From a virus (lineage: Duplodnaviria > Caudoviricetes): 64,000 nucleotides of DNA. Location: positions 32,001-96,000 of IMG/VR virus record IMGVR_UViG_3300033121_002118. One strand, 5' to 3'. The notes under the pieces were generated by a model that ran no database searches, was not told the origin of the DNA, and saw only the letters and a program-made list of their open reading frames with translations. The position numbers were made by a program, and so were the translations under genes. Below, in pieces: positions 7,945 to 18,023 of the stretch (position 1 is its first letter; each line of letters starts with the position of its first letter).

Positions 7945-9672
7945 ATGGGTGCAAGAAAAGGAGTACCGCTTGAAGCGATCGAATGTCCGGCTGGCTGCGG
8001 ATTTAGCACAAAGCGCCTGACTGCGTTTGACGCTCACCTCGTGACTGCGCACGGATGCACTTCGCAGGCGCTTTGGGACCAACTCAACGGTGGGTCGACC
8101 AAGTGCGGATGCGGATGCGGTGCGACCACGCAATGGTTGAATTGGCGACATGGCTACGCGCGGTTTCTCAGGGGCCACAACGCAAACCTCGTTGCCGCGC
8201 ACGGTGCACAGGAAGCCGCAAGGATCGCTGCAGCACGAGCAGGCAAGCTACGGGGCCGCCCAGGCTGGGCAAAAGGCCTAACCAAAGACAACGACGAACG
8301 AGTCAAGCGCCGAGCGGAAAAGACAGCGATCGGTCGGCGCAGGGCGTTCACAGACGGCAAGCTGACGGCTTGGAACAAGGGACTGACCAAGGAAAAAGAT
8401 CCGCGCATCGCAGAAGCAGCAACGAAGATTCACGAGACGTATGCACGTGGCGAGCGCACTCCGTGGAATAAGGATGCCAACGCCCAGACCGATCCAAAGA
8501 TCGCTGCTGTCAATGACAGGCTTCGTGAACGCTACGCGAACGGCGAACTGACGATCTGGAGCAAAGGCAGGACGGTCATTGATGATCCCAGGATCGCCAA
8601 GACATGGGCTAAACGAGACCCGGTGCGCGAGTACGCGCATGTCAGGTTCACTGAACAGCAGATCGAGGAACGGCTATCAGGCAACACGCGTCTCCGTTTT
8701 GATTCAGTCGAAGGGTACAAGAACATCTACAGCACGTCGGTCAACGTCCACTGCGCGACGTGCGCATGGACGAGCAAGATCACGCTTGCATTGGCGATGG
8801 GCGACCGCTGTCCCAGCTGCGATGCTTCGGGTTCGAAGGCTCAGAGCGAGCTTTTAAGCTGGATCGAGAGCCTCGGTTACGTCGCCAAGAGCAACGTCGT
8901 CGGCATCGTCGGAGGCAGGCAGCAGATCGACATCTTTGTTCCAGAAAAAATGCTGGGGATCGAATATAACGGCCTGTACTGGCACAGCGAACAGGCAGGA
9001 AGGGACTCGTTCTACCACGCCCGAAAGACGGCGCGATGCACGGCCTTGGGCATCCGGCTCATGCACGTGTTCGAGGACGACTGGCGCGACCGCCGGCCCA
9101 TCGTGGAGTCGCTGATCAGGCACAGGCTGGGTCTCACGCCGAGAAAGGTCTCGGCCCGGGAGTGTGAGCTCAGGGCGCTGTCCGCCAAGGAGCGGCGTGC
9201 CTTCTTCGAGGCCAACCACCTGGACGGCGACGTGGCAGCGAACGAGTGCCTGGGGTTGGTCCTCAGCGGGGAGGTCGTCATGGCCCTCTCCCTCCGTAAG
9301 CCATTCCACCGTGCCCATTCCGATCGGCTCGAGGTCGCCCGGTCGTGTCCGGCGCTCGACACAGTGGTGCGGGGCGGACTCTCCAGGTTGATCAAGGCCG
9401 CGCTCACCCGTGCCAAGGAGCAGAGCAGAGCCGGGCTCATCACGTACGTCGACGGACGCATCGGAGACGGCGCAGGTTACATCAAGGCCGGCCTCAGAAA
9501 AACCGGAGAAACACCGCCTAGGTTCTGGTGGACAGACTTCGACCGGCGCTTCAACCGCTTCAAGTTCAAGGCGAACGCGGCGGAGGGCCTGAGCGAGCGT
9601 GAGGTCGCGGCCCAGGCTGGCGTGGTCAAGGTGTGGGGATGCTCGAACGTCGTGCTGACGATCGACGCGTGA
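7945..9672 (+). CDS. Hef-like homing endonuclease
   Basis: Zn finger, CGCGC, repeated W(N/A)KGLTK; IDIFVPE..GIEYNGLYWHSE..GIRLMHVFEDDW; C-terminal SARECE..FFEANHL.G domain; inverted relative to its neighbours. Confidence 0.75.
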   Translation: MGARKGVPLEAIECPAGCGFSTKRLTAFDAHLVTAHGCTSQALWDQLNGGSTKCGCGCGATTQWLNWRHGYARFLRGHNANLVAAHGAQEAARIAAARAGKLRGRPGWAKGLTKDNDERVKRRAEKTAIGRRRAFTDGKLTAWNKGLTKEKDPRIAEAATKIHETYARGERTPWNKDANAQTDPKIAAVNDRLRERYANGELTIWSKGRTVIDDPRIAKTWAKRDPVREYAHVRFTEQQIEERLSGNTRLRFDSVEGYKNIYSTSVNVHCATCAWTSKITLALAMGDRCPSCDASGSKAQSELLSWIESLGYVAKSNVVGIVGGRQQIDIFVPEKMLGIEYNGLYWHSEQAGRDSFYHARKTARCTALGIRLMHVFEDDWRDRRPIVESLIRHRLGLTPRKVSARECELRALSAKERRAFFEANHLDGDVAANECLGLVLSGEVVMALSLRKPFHRAHSDRLEVARSCPALDTVVRGGLSRLIKAALTRAKEQSRAGLITYVDGRIGDGAGYIKAGLRKTGETPPRFWWTDFDRRFNRFKFKANAAEGLSEREVAAQAGVVKVWGCSNVVLTIDA

Positions 9673-9684
9673 ACGTCGACGTGC

Positions 9685-9963
9685 TCAGTGCGTCTCGTTC
9701 CACGTGTCGATGATGTCGCCGACGACTCGTCCTACTTCGTCGACGGCACCCGTCCTGATCTCGTCAGCGTCTTCGTCGCCGGCGACGCCTTGCTGCACGA
9801 GCTCGTCCACGATCAGCTCAGCGACGCTCTCGATCGCCTCCGTGAGTTCGTGGCTCCACCCGCCAGCCTCCTCGTGCAGGGCGCGCCTGCCATTCTTGAT
9901 GTGCGAGAACTCTTCCTTGACCAGCTCGCGCAGGCCCCGTGCCGTCAACCTCTTTGCAGCCAT
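9685..9963 (-). CDS. Leader-family small acidic protein
   Basis: RLTARGLRELVKEEF...ALHEE. Confidence 0.7.
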   Translation of the reverse strand: MAAKRLTARGLRELVKEEFSHIKNGRRALHEEAGGWSHELTEAIESVAELIVDELVQQGVAGDEDADEIRTGAVDEVGRVVGDIIDTWNETH

Positions 9964-9979
9964 CGCATCTTCTCCTGCC

Positions 9980-10186
9980 TCATGCCTCGAACTGGCCCCG
10001 CAGTGCCTCGAGCACCTGCACGGGCGTGATTTGGTGTGCCTTCGCGGCGTCCAGGACGTCGTCCAGGAGGTTGTCGAAGTCCTCGGAGGACTCGAACGAC
10101 CCGCGCCCCGCCGGGTCAGGACCCATGCCCAGGCGGCCCGCTTCTTCCTTGACGATGCGCCGCAGCTGTCCCCTCGTGATGATCAT
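9980..10186 (-). CDS. Leader-family small acidic protein
   Basis: MIITRGQLRRIVKEEAGRLG. Confidence 0.75.
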   Translation of the reverse strand: MIITRGQLRRIVKEEAGRLGMGPDPAGRGSFESSEDFDNLLDDVLDAAKAHQITPVQVLEALRGQFEA

Positions 10187-10380
10187 GCTCTGCCCCTCGT
10201 GAGCTCCACCGCGACCCCCATCACTTCATCGATGCCGAACCCCTTGCGACGCAGGGCCTCCAGCGCGTCCAGCAGGTCGCCGAACTCGGGCTCAGACTGT
10301 GGGTTGCCCCTGGGCCCCTCTCCCAGTCGTGAGGCCTCCTCGCGGACGAGGCGCCGGAGCTGTCCCCTCGTGATCCGCAT
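10183..10380 (-). CDS. Leader-family small protein
   Basis: MRITRGQLRRLVREEASRLGEG; TGATG overlap with the sheath stop codon. Confidence 0.75.
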   Translation of the reverse strand: MRITRGQLRRLVREEASRLGEGPRGNPQSEPEFGDLLDALEALRRKGFGIDEVMGVAVELTRGRA

Positions 10381-13300
10381 CAGGGCACCTGGTTCAGGCT
10401 GTTGGCCACCACGAAGTCGAGGCTGACGAACTCGACGCTCTTCGTGGGCTGCACGAAGATCTTGCCCCGGATCGTGTTGTTCTCCACGTCTGCCTGCGTC
10501 GTCGTGGACGTGTCGATCTTGACCAGGAACCGGGTCAGGCCCTGCAGCGCCTGGATGCGCGCCAGCTTGGGCTTGACCGCGTCAGAGAACCGGGCCAGGG
10601 TCGCCTCCCTGTTGGGCTCGAACACGATCGTCTGCGCGATCAGGCGCACCTGGCGCCTGATCTCGATCAGCAGGCGCCGGACGTTGATCCGGTCCAGGGC
10701 CGAGGCGGCGGCCTGCAACGTCTTCTGGCCCCAGACCACCACGCCGCCCTTCGGGTTGGTGCCCGAGGTCGCGGTGCCCGGGAAGGCCACGATCGGGTTG
10801 ATCGAGGCGTCGTACAGGGCGTCCATGTTGTCCTTGGACAGCTTGACCCGAGCCTCCAGGGCGGTCGTGAGCGAGCCCCGGGTGTTGCCCGCAGGCGCGA
10901 ACCAGGGCTGGCCCAGGGCGTCGTTCAAGGCGATCGCGCCCAGGACAGCCACGCTGGGCGGCGCGACCACGTTGGTGCCCGTGGTCGGGTCGGGCATGAC
11001 CACGTCCGGAAAGTAGGCGGCAGAGAAGGAGTTGTCGAGCGCCCTGTCCACGAACGACGCCACGGTCGCGGTGACGCTGGGCAGCTGCTGGTCAGTCGTC
11101 ACCAGATCGCCCGCGTCGTCGTACTGCTCCGGATCCATGACGTAGAGGGCGTCGAAGCGCTCGCGCACGGCCTCTGCGGCCGCGTCTGTCACGATCGGAT
11201 GCCTGATGCCGGGCAACACCAGGAGCTGGATGTCGACGTTCACCGTGTTCTGCATGATCTCGAGCGCCTTGGCGTAGGCCCTGACGTTCGGTCCCATGTT
11301 GCGGCCCCTGTTGGTCGCGTCCATGTCGTTCGTGACGGCCGTGTTGGTGAGGGCAGCCTCCTGCGCGTCGAACACGTTGACACCGTCGAAACCACCCTGG
11401 GCGAAGAACGTGAACTTCGCGAAGCGCCGGTTGGCCTGCGTCAGGTCGGCGACCCTGAAGCCCCGGGTCTTCGCGGAATCGCTGACCACCACGTCGCCGC
11501 TCCGGACGTAGACCGCGGCGTCCCACTCCTGGGGATCGGCGTCGCCCGTGGAGGCGGTGACGACCTGCAGGTTCTCGAGCGTGAAGCCGTTGCGGCAGAA
11601 GCGGTCGGCATCCATGACGCCGTTCGCGTCTGTGTCAGCGATGCCCGCGTTGTCGCCCTCGGCAAAGTTGACCGCGTCTGTCGCGAAGCGCGGGAAGAAC
11701 GCCGCGAACGACCCCAGCGACTCGTTGGCCTGCGTCGAGGCGTTGGGCGTCGTCAGGCTCGTCACGTGCTCGAAGTGGACGCCCCAGTACAGGAGCGGGT
11801 TCACGCTCACCTTCGCGCCTGAGCCCGCCGTGATGTTGGTCCGCATGGGCACCGGAGGAGTCACGGCACGCTTGAGCACGTCCGAGGCACCCATCTGCGC
11901 GCTCGGCGGCGAGGTCATGGGTGCGGAGCCCGAGGTCACCAGGTGGGTCACGCCGCGGAAGCCCATGGGCAACGCGGTCGGGTCCACAGACTGGCCGTCC
12001 ACCTGGCTCGAGACCTCGACCCTGATGAGGTTGGAGCGGTTCGGATAGCTGCCCTCGATCACCAGCTTCTGGGCACTCTCGGTCCGATCGAAGTCGTAGA
12101 AGGCATGCAGGTCGCCGATCACCTTCGCGATGTACCTGTCGCTCGAGGGATCCAGCGACAGCTGCCGCCACTGCTCCACGGGACGCACGTCCGAGTCCCT
12201 GTCGCTCCACTCACGCACGATCAGGTCGAAGGTGCCGTAGCGGTTGGCCGGATCGCTCGAGGGTGCGATGTTCTCGACAGAGAACTTGACGGCGGTCGAG
12301 GGGCCCGCGCCCGCATCGATCGTGTGCAGCCGGAAGAGGTCGACCCGCTGGCCGCCGAAGCGCTGGGACGTGACCCAGGGCGTCACCGCGCTCGAGAACC
12401 TGTCCTCGAAGCTCTCGTAGTTGGGCACGGTGGCCCCCCCGGTGTTCCTGGCCAGCGCGCCGGTCGTCACGAACGCGGCGTGCTCGGCGCCGCCGAGAGA
12501 GGCGGAGACGCCGCCCGAGCCCGACACGGCCGCGGTCAGGCCCGAGCCCGTGAGGGCCGCGGTCGCCGGGTGTAGGTCCCAGTGGGCATACAGGTAGTGT
12601 CCCGCGCGCTGGTACAGCAGTGGATCCCTGTTGAGGGCGTTCACGAAGTAGTTGGGCGCCGTCATGTCGAACGAGGCCGTGATGGCGCTCGGGTACAGCG
12701 GGTCCGTGCCCTGGTGCCCGTTCAGCAGCAGCACGAACTCCTGCTTGGCCGTGCCTGCCTGCGACAGCACGACGGCACCAAAGTGCGAGCCCTGGGCGCT
12801 GTGCTCGGTCGCCACCAGCGTGGGCCCAGGCAGGGCAGAGGCCGTGACGGACGAGGACAGCCTGAGGATCACGCCCGAGGGTGCCATCAGGACGCCCCTG
12901 ACGATGGGCACCGAGGAGCTCACGACGGGGGTGACGCCGCCCACGCCCTGCAGCCCTGCTGAGCTGAAGACTGTGGACCCGGCGGACTCGGACATGAAGC
13001 AGCCCAGGAAGTAGGTGCGGCCCAGAGACGCGCCCGAGCCCGAGGTGGCGAACTGGTTCGCAGTCAGCTGTCCCGTCGTGCCCTGGGGCTGCTGCTCGCC
13101 CACCACGAAGCCCGCCTCGTTGACGCGGCCCGGAAAGCTCCCGTCCGTGTCACGGCGGAGCCCATCGCCCACGCCCAGCACCCGGAGGTACGTCAGGGCG
13201 GTGGCGCGGCGGAGCCACTCGTGCGCGGCCAGGGGACCGAACTTCTCGCCGTCGGTCGGACCGAACTTGGCCGTGAAGTCGTCCACCACGCCCACCGTGA

Positions 13301-13436
13301 CCGGCACGAAGGCCGGACCCTTCTTGGCGGTGCCCACCACGCCAGCTGGGACGCCCGAGGGCTCCACCTGGACGGGCCCCGAGAGGTCGATCTCCCGAGC
13401 CGAGACCCCTGCGCTCCCAAACTTAGCCTGCGCCAC
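10380..13436 (-). CDS. gp18: Tail sheath protein, copy 1
   Basis: SAGVSAREIDLS; PWFAPAG..RG; VVWGQKTLQ..SALDRINVRRLL..FEPN; QPTKSVEFVSLDF. Confidence 0.93.
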   Translation of the reverse strand: MAQAKFGSAGVSAREIDLSGPVQVEPSGVPAGVVGTAKKGPAFVPVTVGVVDDFTAKFGPTDGEKFGPLAAHEWLRRATALTYLRVLGVGDGLRRDTDGSFPGRVNEAGFVVGEQQPQGTTGQLTANQFATSGSGASLGRTYFLGCFMSESAGSTVFSSAGLQGVGGVTPVVSSSVPIVRGVLMAPSGVILRLSSSVTASALPGPTLVATEHSAQGSHFGAVVLSQAGTAKQEFVLLLNGHQGTDPLYPSAITASFDMTAPNYFVNALNRDPLLYQRAGHYLYAHWDLHPATAALTGSGLTAAVSGSGGVSASLGGAEHAAFVTTGALARNTGGATVPNYESFEDRFSSAVTPWVTSQRFGGQRVDLFRLHTIDAGAGPSTAVKFSVENIAPSSDPANRYGTFDLIVREWSDRDSDVRPVEQWRQLSLDPSSDRYIAKVIGDLHAFYDFDRTESAQKLVIEGSYPNRSNLIRVEVSSQVDGQSVDPTALPMGFRGVTHLVTSGSAPMTSPPSAQMGASDVLKRAVTPPVPMRTNITAGSGAKVSVNPLLYWGVHFEHVTSLTTPNASTQANESLGSFAAFFPRFATDAVNFAEGDNAGIADTDANGVMDADRFCRNGFTLENLQVVTASTGDADPQEWDAAVYVRSGDVVVSDSAKTRGFRVADLTQANRRFAKFTFFAQGGFDGVNVFDAQEAALTNTAVTNDMDATNRGRNMGPNVRAYAKALEIMQNTVNVDIQLLVLPGIRHPIVTDAAAEAVRERFDALYVMDPEQYDDAGDLVTTDQQLPSVTATVASFVDRALDNSFSAAYFPDVVMPDPTTGTNVVAPPSVAVLGAIALNDALGQPWFAPAGNTRGSLTTALEARVKLSKDNMDALYDASINPIVAFPGTATSGTNPKGGVVVWGQKTLQAAASALDRINVRRLLIEIRRQVRLIAQTIVFEPNREATLARFSDAVKPKLARIQALQGLTRFLVKIDTSTTTQADVENNTIRGKIFVQPTKSVEFVSLDFVVANSLNQVP

Positions 13437-13587
13437 GCCGTTCTCCTTGGTTCCTTCGTGTCAGCGAGTAACTATGCGACCCTCGCCGAGGCCGTCACTC
13501 ATGAATCGACGTCGTACAGGGCGACCTGCAAATCAGCCAGCTGGTCATCAAGCGCGTCCTGATCCTCACCGTCATTCTCCGTGTTTC

Positions 13588-16500
13588 TCAGGACGCGAAG
13601 CTGACCCCGCTCGAGGTCACGATGAAGTCCATCGCGATGAACTCGGCGGTCCGCGTGGGCACGATCACGACCCGTCCGTTGAGGCGGTTGGCCTGCTCGT
13701 CCTCGGCCGTGTTGTTGGTGGAGTCCATCGTGACCTTAAACCCCTCGATGCCCGCCTGGCCCTGGATGATGGCCAGCTGCAGGTCCACGTCGGACTTGAA
13801 CCGGGCACGCAGGGCGGGGGTGTTGTTGTCGAACACCGCACTGCGTGCGATGCCGATCACGATGCGCTTCACCTCGAGCAGCAGGCGCCGCACGTTGACC
13901 CTGTCCAGGGCCGACTTGTTGACCTGCAGGGTCTTCTGCCCGTAGATCACGAAGCCGTTGCGCGGGAACGTGGCGATCGGGTTGATGCGGCCGCTGTCGT
14001 GCAGCCTGTCGCGGTCGGCCACGTTCAGGCGCACGGTCACGTTCTTCACGGAGTCCAGCGCGGCCCTGTTGAAGCCCGCAGGCGCGTACCATGGGTAGGC
14101 GACCCTGTCGCTGAAGGCGAGCGCGCCCATCGCGGCGACCGAGGCGGGCACCTTGACCCGGCGCCTGTTCGTCAGGTCGTCGATGAAGACGTCGGGGAAG
14201 TAGGTGGCCGCGTAGCTGTTGTCCACGACCCTGGCCTCGAACGCGGCCGAGGTCCTGTCGACGTCGGGACGGGCCGTGGAGCTGTCGTACAGCCGGGTCG
14301 AGTCCTCGTCGTAGGCCGGGACGTCCATGACGTACATGGCCAGGCCGTACTCCTGGCAGCGCTTCGCCGCGTAGTCGGTCAGGAAGCTCTCGCGGACGCC
14401 GGGCACGGCCAGCAGGTTCGTGTTGACCGCGAGCGGGTCGGTCATGATGTCGACCGCGGTCACGTAGGAGGCCACCGTGCTGTTGGCCTGGCCCGCGCCT
14501 GCCATGTTCGAGGTGAAGCCCGGGGAGACGTACGTGGACTCGGCGCCGCCGCCTGCGTCGAACGAGGTGGCCTCATCGTTCATGCGCCGCGCCGCACGGT
14601 CCAGGATGTTGACGCCGTCGAAGCCGCCGGCCATGAAGGTCGTGAACTTCATGAAGGGCGAGAACCTGTTGAAGTCGGCCGGGGTCGACTGCGCCAGCAC
14701 GGTGGCCAGGGTGACGCGCTTGCCCAGGACCGGGTCAGTGATCCGGTAGTCGCTCGGATCCAGCCGGGCCCGGCGCTGGTACGCCGCCTCACGCATGTGG
14801 TCGGAGGCCGAGGCAGTCAGGTCAGCCACGGTCGCGTTCGACAGCGCCACGCGTGCGAGCGTGAACTTGTTGTTGTTCTGCAGGTCGGCGCCCGAGCCCG
14901 TCACCATGACGTCCAGCTTCCGGATGCCCGCGAACTTGGTCAGCGACGCCAGGAGGGCGTTCTTCTCGCTGGCCACGTTCGGGTTGGTCGGGTCGGTGTT
15001 GCGCTCGAACTTGACGCCCCAGCACAGCGAGGGCACGGTGAGCTCCAGGGGCCCAGGCTGCCCGTCCCACGCGGCGGTGCTCGGGATGGTGCCCTTGGTG
15101 ACCTTGAACCGGAAGGGCACGGGCGGCACGATCGAACCGGACAGGGCCGAGCCCGAGGAGACCCCCAGCACGCCCACGATCCTTGCGCTGGCGGCGGAGG
15201 GCGCCGAGTCGGTCAGGCTGTCGTTCGTCTTCAGGGTCTCCAGGCCGCGGAACCCGAAGGGCAACGCGCGCGCGGGCACGAGGCCCCGGCGCACGGGCTC
15301 ACTCACGACCACGCGGACGTGCTTGGACCTGCTCGGGTACCTGCCGAACGCGACGAGCCTGCGCTCGGCCACCACGGTGGCGTCGAAGTTGAAGGTCACG
15401 TGCCGGTCGCCCACGACCTTCGCGATGAAGTTGTCGGCGTTCGGGTCCAAGGAGCAGTTGGAGAACTGCTCCAGCACCACCGGGTTCGTGTCGGTGTCGT
15501 TCCAGTCCCTGACCTGGACCGTGAAGGTGCCATGGGGCCGGGCGTCGTCCTGTGAGGCCTTGACGTTGGTGATGCTGATCTTGTAGAGCTGGTTCGCGTG
15601 CTCGCCGTCGTCCAGGGCCTCGAACATGAACAGGTCGTGCTCGGTCGCGCCGAAGGGCTGCGAGATGAACCAGGGGGTGCCGGGCCAGGTGTACCGCGTG
15701 TCGAAGGCACCGTATGCCGCGCGCATCGTCAGGGCCGTGTCGCCTGAGGACGTGCTGGTCCTGGCCGAGCCCGACAGGACGCCCACCGCGACCGCGGTCG
15801 CGAGCTCGTCGTCGACCGCGTAGTCGGCGTACAGGAGGTGCTGCTCCGCGTCGAAGCGCTCTGGGTCCGTGTTGAGGACCTTCGCGAAGTAGTCGGAGCT
15901 GCTGGGGTCCAGGGACGCCGTCAGCACCCTGATTCCCGCGTTTCCGTCCGTGACTCCGAACCTCGACCCCATCGACGTGGACACGACCAGCTTGAACTTG
16001 CCGCCCTCCACCGAGGCCTCGTCGTTCGGGCCAGCGGCCGAGATCGCGCCCACGGTGGACTCGCTGCCGTTCAGCACCATGATCCTGGACCCCGAGGTCG
16101 TCATGATGACGCCGCGAACCAGGTGCGCGTAGCCGCCCGTGTACGAGTCGTTGTCCGTGAACACCGGCATGCCATAGGCCTCGGCGGCCTGCAGGGCATG
16201 GCGTGCGACCAGGAACTGGACCACGTTGACGTGCCTGCCCTGGCTGTCGTTGGGTGCCGCCGCGCCGTCCAGGTGGAAGCCCGCGTTCTTGACCCTGCCC
16301 TTCTGCACGGTGGTGGAGATGTCGGTCTCGGTCGAGTTCGAGCCCGCACCCAGCACGCGCAGGTACGTCAGGGCCGACCTGTGGCGCAGGAACTCATTGA
16401 CCGCGTACGGGCCGGGCCGGGCCGGGTCCAGGCCCCCGAACACCTGATCGAACTCACCGTCGAACTTCGCGACGGTGACGGGCACGAAGGCCGGGCCCTT

Positions 16501-16614
16501 CTTGGCGGTGCCCACCACGCCGGCGGGCACCCCGACAGGACCGCCCGCTGCGGGCTGGGAGAGGTCGATCTCCCTCTCGAAGAACCCGGGGCTGCGAAAC
16601 GTCTGCTCGGCCAT
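13588..16614 (-). CDS. gp18: Tail sheath protein, copy 2
   Basis: FRSPGFFEREIDLS; PWYAPAGFNRA; YGQKTLQ..SALDRVNVRRLL; PTRTAEFIAMDF. Confidence 0.93.
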   Translation of the reverse strand: MAEQTFRSPGFFEREIDLSQPAAGGPVGVPAGVVGTAKKGPAFVPVTVAKFDGEFDQVFGGLDPARPGPYAVNEFLRHRSALTYLRVLGAGSNSTETDISTTVQKGRVKNAGFHLDGAAAPNDSQGRHVNVVQFLVARHALQAAEAYGMPVFTDNDSYTGGYAHLVRGVIMTTSGSRIMVLNGSESTVGAISAAGPNDEASVEGGKFKLVVSTSMGSRFGVTDGNAGIRVLTASLDPSSSDYFAKVLNTDPERFDAEQHLLYADYAVDDELATAVAVGVLSGSARTSTSSGDTALTMRAAYGAFDTRYTWPGTPWFISQPFGATEHDLFMFEALDDGEHANQLYKISITNVKASQDDARPHGTFTVQVRDWNDTDTNPVVLEQFSNCSLDPNADNFIAKVVGDRHVTFNFDATVVAERRLVAFGRYPSRSKHVRVVVSEPVRRGLVPARALPFGFRGLETLKTNDSLTDSAPSAASARIVGVLGVSSGSALSGSIVPPVPFRFKVTKGTIPSTAAWDGQPGPLELTVPSLCWGVKFERNTDPTNPNVASEKNALLASLTKFAGIRKLDVMVTGSGADLQNNNKFTLARVALSNATVADLTASASDHMREAAYQRRARLDPSDYRITDPVLGKRVTLATVLAQSTPADFNRFSPFMKFTTFMAGGFDGVNILDRAARRMNDEATSFDAGGGAESTYVSPGFTSNMAGAGQANSTVASYVTAVDIMTDPLAVNTNLLAVPGVRESFLTDYAAKRCQEYGLAMYVMDVPAYDEDSTRLYDSSTARPDVDRTSAAFEARVVDNSYAATYFPDVFIDDLTNRRRVKVPASVAAMGALAFSDRVAYPWYAPAGFNRAALDSVKNVTVRLNVADRDRLHDSGRINPIATFPRNGFVIYGQKTLQVNKSALDRVNVRRLLLEVKRIVIGIARSAVFDNNTPALRARFKSDVDLQLAIIQGQAGIEGFKVTMDSTNNTAEDEQANRLNGRVVIVPTRTAEFIAMDFIVTSSGVSFAS

Positions 16615-16691
16615 CTACCGCACTCCTCTTGCGTCGACGTTGAATCCAGACGATAAGTAGGAGCGCAGGTCCGCGAAGGCTGCCGTGCGGG

Positions 16692-18023
16692 TCAGCCGCC
16701 CGTGACGACGACCGCGAGACCGTCCAGGCCGCCCGTGGGCGAGGACGAGTACACGGTCTCGCCTGCCGACGGATTCGAGGACGCGATCCTGATGTTTTCC
16801 ACGGTGCGCCGTCCCGTGACAGGATCGATCGAGACGTGCCTGAGGTACCTGGCCGGCGAGGCACCACGTCGCAGCTTACCCAGGGCCGGGTCCGAGGATG
16901 TCACCGCGCCCGGGGGCACCAGGCGGCCGGCGCCCGTCCTGCGGCGATCAGGTCTCCTGGTACGGTCAGGATCGAGCGGCAGCGTCGGATCGTCGGCTCC
17001 CAGGTACGGATCGTCCACCGTGTCCTCTCCCGACGCCGGCTCGGCCCCGCCAGGTTCCACGGTGAACGACACGACGGGCGAGGAGACCGTGCGCCGGACG
17101 GGCACCGGTGCGCCCGGACCGGGACCCGCGAGCAGGTAGGCAGGCACCTTGAGGGAGAGCTTGTGTCGCACCACGCGCTCGAGCTCGCCCACCTCGGAGA
17201 GGTTGCCCTCGGGCTGGTGCGAGTCCCCGTCCACCGTGCCCACGAACCAGTAGCCCTTCTCGGTCCTGAGCACGATCGAGTTGCCCTGCGGCAGCAGCGC
17301 CGACACGAGGCGCTCCCAGAGCTGGTTCATCTGCGCCAGGTGCTGTGTCCAGAACGTCACCTCGTACGTCACGGTGAAGAACTGCGGCGCAGGCACCGTG
17401 ATGGTCTCCACGACGTTCCGGGTCAGGGGAGCCGCGAGCAGGGCCCCTCGCACGACGTCGCCATCAAGGGACCGCTCACCCACGGATCCTCGGGTCGTCA
17501 GCTGGCCCGGGGCCCCCCGTCCGACTGGGACGGCCACGTTCTGCTGGTTGCGCAGGAAGAGCGCGTTCAGGCGGTTCTGATGGCCCCTGTCGGTGCGGTC
17601 CAGGCGCCGGGCGACCACGAGCTCCCCCGTCTGCTGGTTGATGCCGCGGCCCGCGATGTCCTGTGCCATGCTCTGCATCGGCGCGCCTCGGGTGATCGTG
17701 ATGATGGGCAGGATGAGGGCGCCCGTCGCCTTGTCACGCACACCGCGGTGCCTCTTGATGAGAGCCCAGCGCTCGCCCGTCGCAAACACGACCGAGGGTG
17801 CTCTGAGCTCGTCCCCCTCCACCTGCACCTGGAGCCCGAGCCCGGAGGAGAATGCCTCGTACACGGCGGCGTCGACGTCCTCGACGCCGCACGGCGGCAC
17901 GGTCAGGCCCTCAGGCGGGTCGAGCCGGCCGTCGTAGCCCGTGGGCAGGTCGCCCGCGCGCCTAGGCGTCTCTGTTCCTGCGTTGAAACGTGTGGTGGTC
18001 GTCACCTGGGTTCTCTCAGTCAT
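16692..18023 (-). CDS. Tail terminator/sheath-stabilising protein (gp15-like)
   Basis: VEDVD.AVYE..VFATGERW..RD....ILPIITITR..YEVTFWT..QMNQL; located between neck and sheath genes. Confidence 0.6.
   Translation of the reverse strand: MTERTQVTTTTRFNAGTETPRRAGDLPTGYDGRLDPPEGLTVPPCGVEDVDAAVYEAFSSGLGLQVQVEGDELRAPSVVFATGERWALIKRHRGVRDKATGALILPIITITRGAPMQSMAQDIAGRGINQQTGELVVARRLDRTDRGHQNRLNALFLRNQQNVAVPVGRGAPGQLTTRGSVGERSLDGDVVRGALLAAPLTRNVVETITVPAPQFFTVTYEVTFWTQHLAQMNQLWERLVSALLPQGNSIVLRTEKGYWFVGTVDGDSHQPEGNLSEVGELERVVRHKLSLKVPAYLLAGPGPGAPVPVRRTVSSPVVSFTVEPGGAEPASGEDTVDDPYLGADDPTLPLDPDRTRRPDRRRTGAGRLVPPGAVTSSDPALGKLRRGASPARYLRHVSIDPVTGRRTVENIRIASSNPSAGETVYSSSPTGGLDGLAVVVTGG

Noticed and set aside
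13015-15555. Long + strand ORFs (846 aa here; also 37063-39321, 40494-42143, 24252-25742)
   Set aside because: Antisense shadows of GC-rich minus-strand genes; no motifs and unnatural composition.
7344-16614. Sheath and tube genes as a bacterial contractile injection system (eCIS/T6SS)
   Set aside because: Capsid, portal, protease, scaffold and terminase are all present, so this is a complete phage morphogenesis module.
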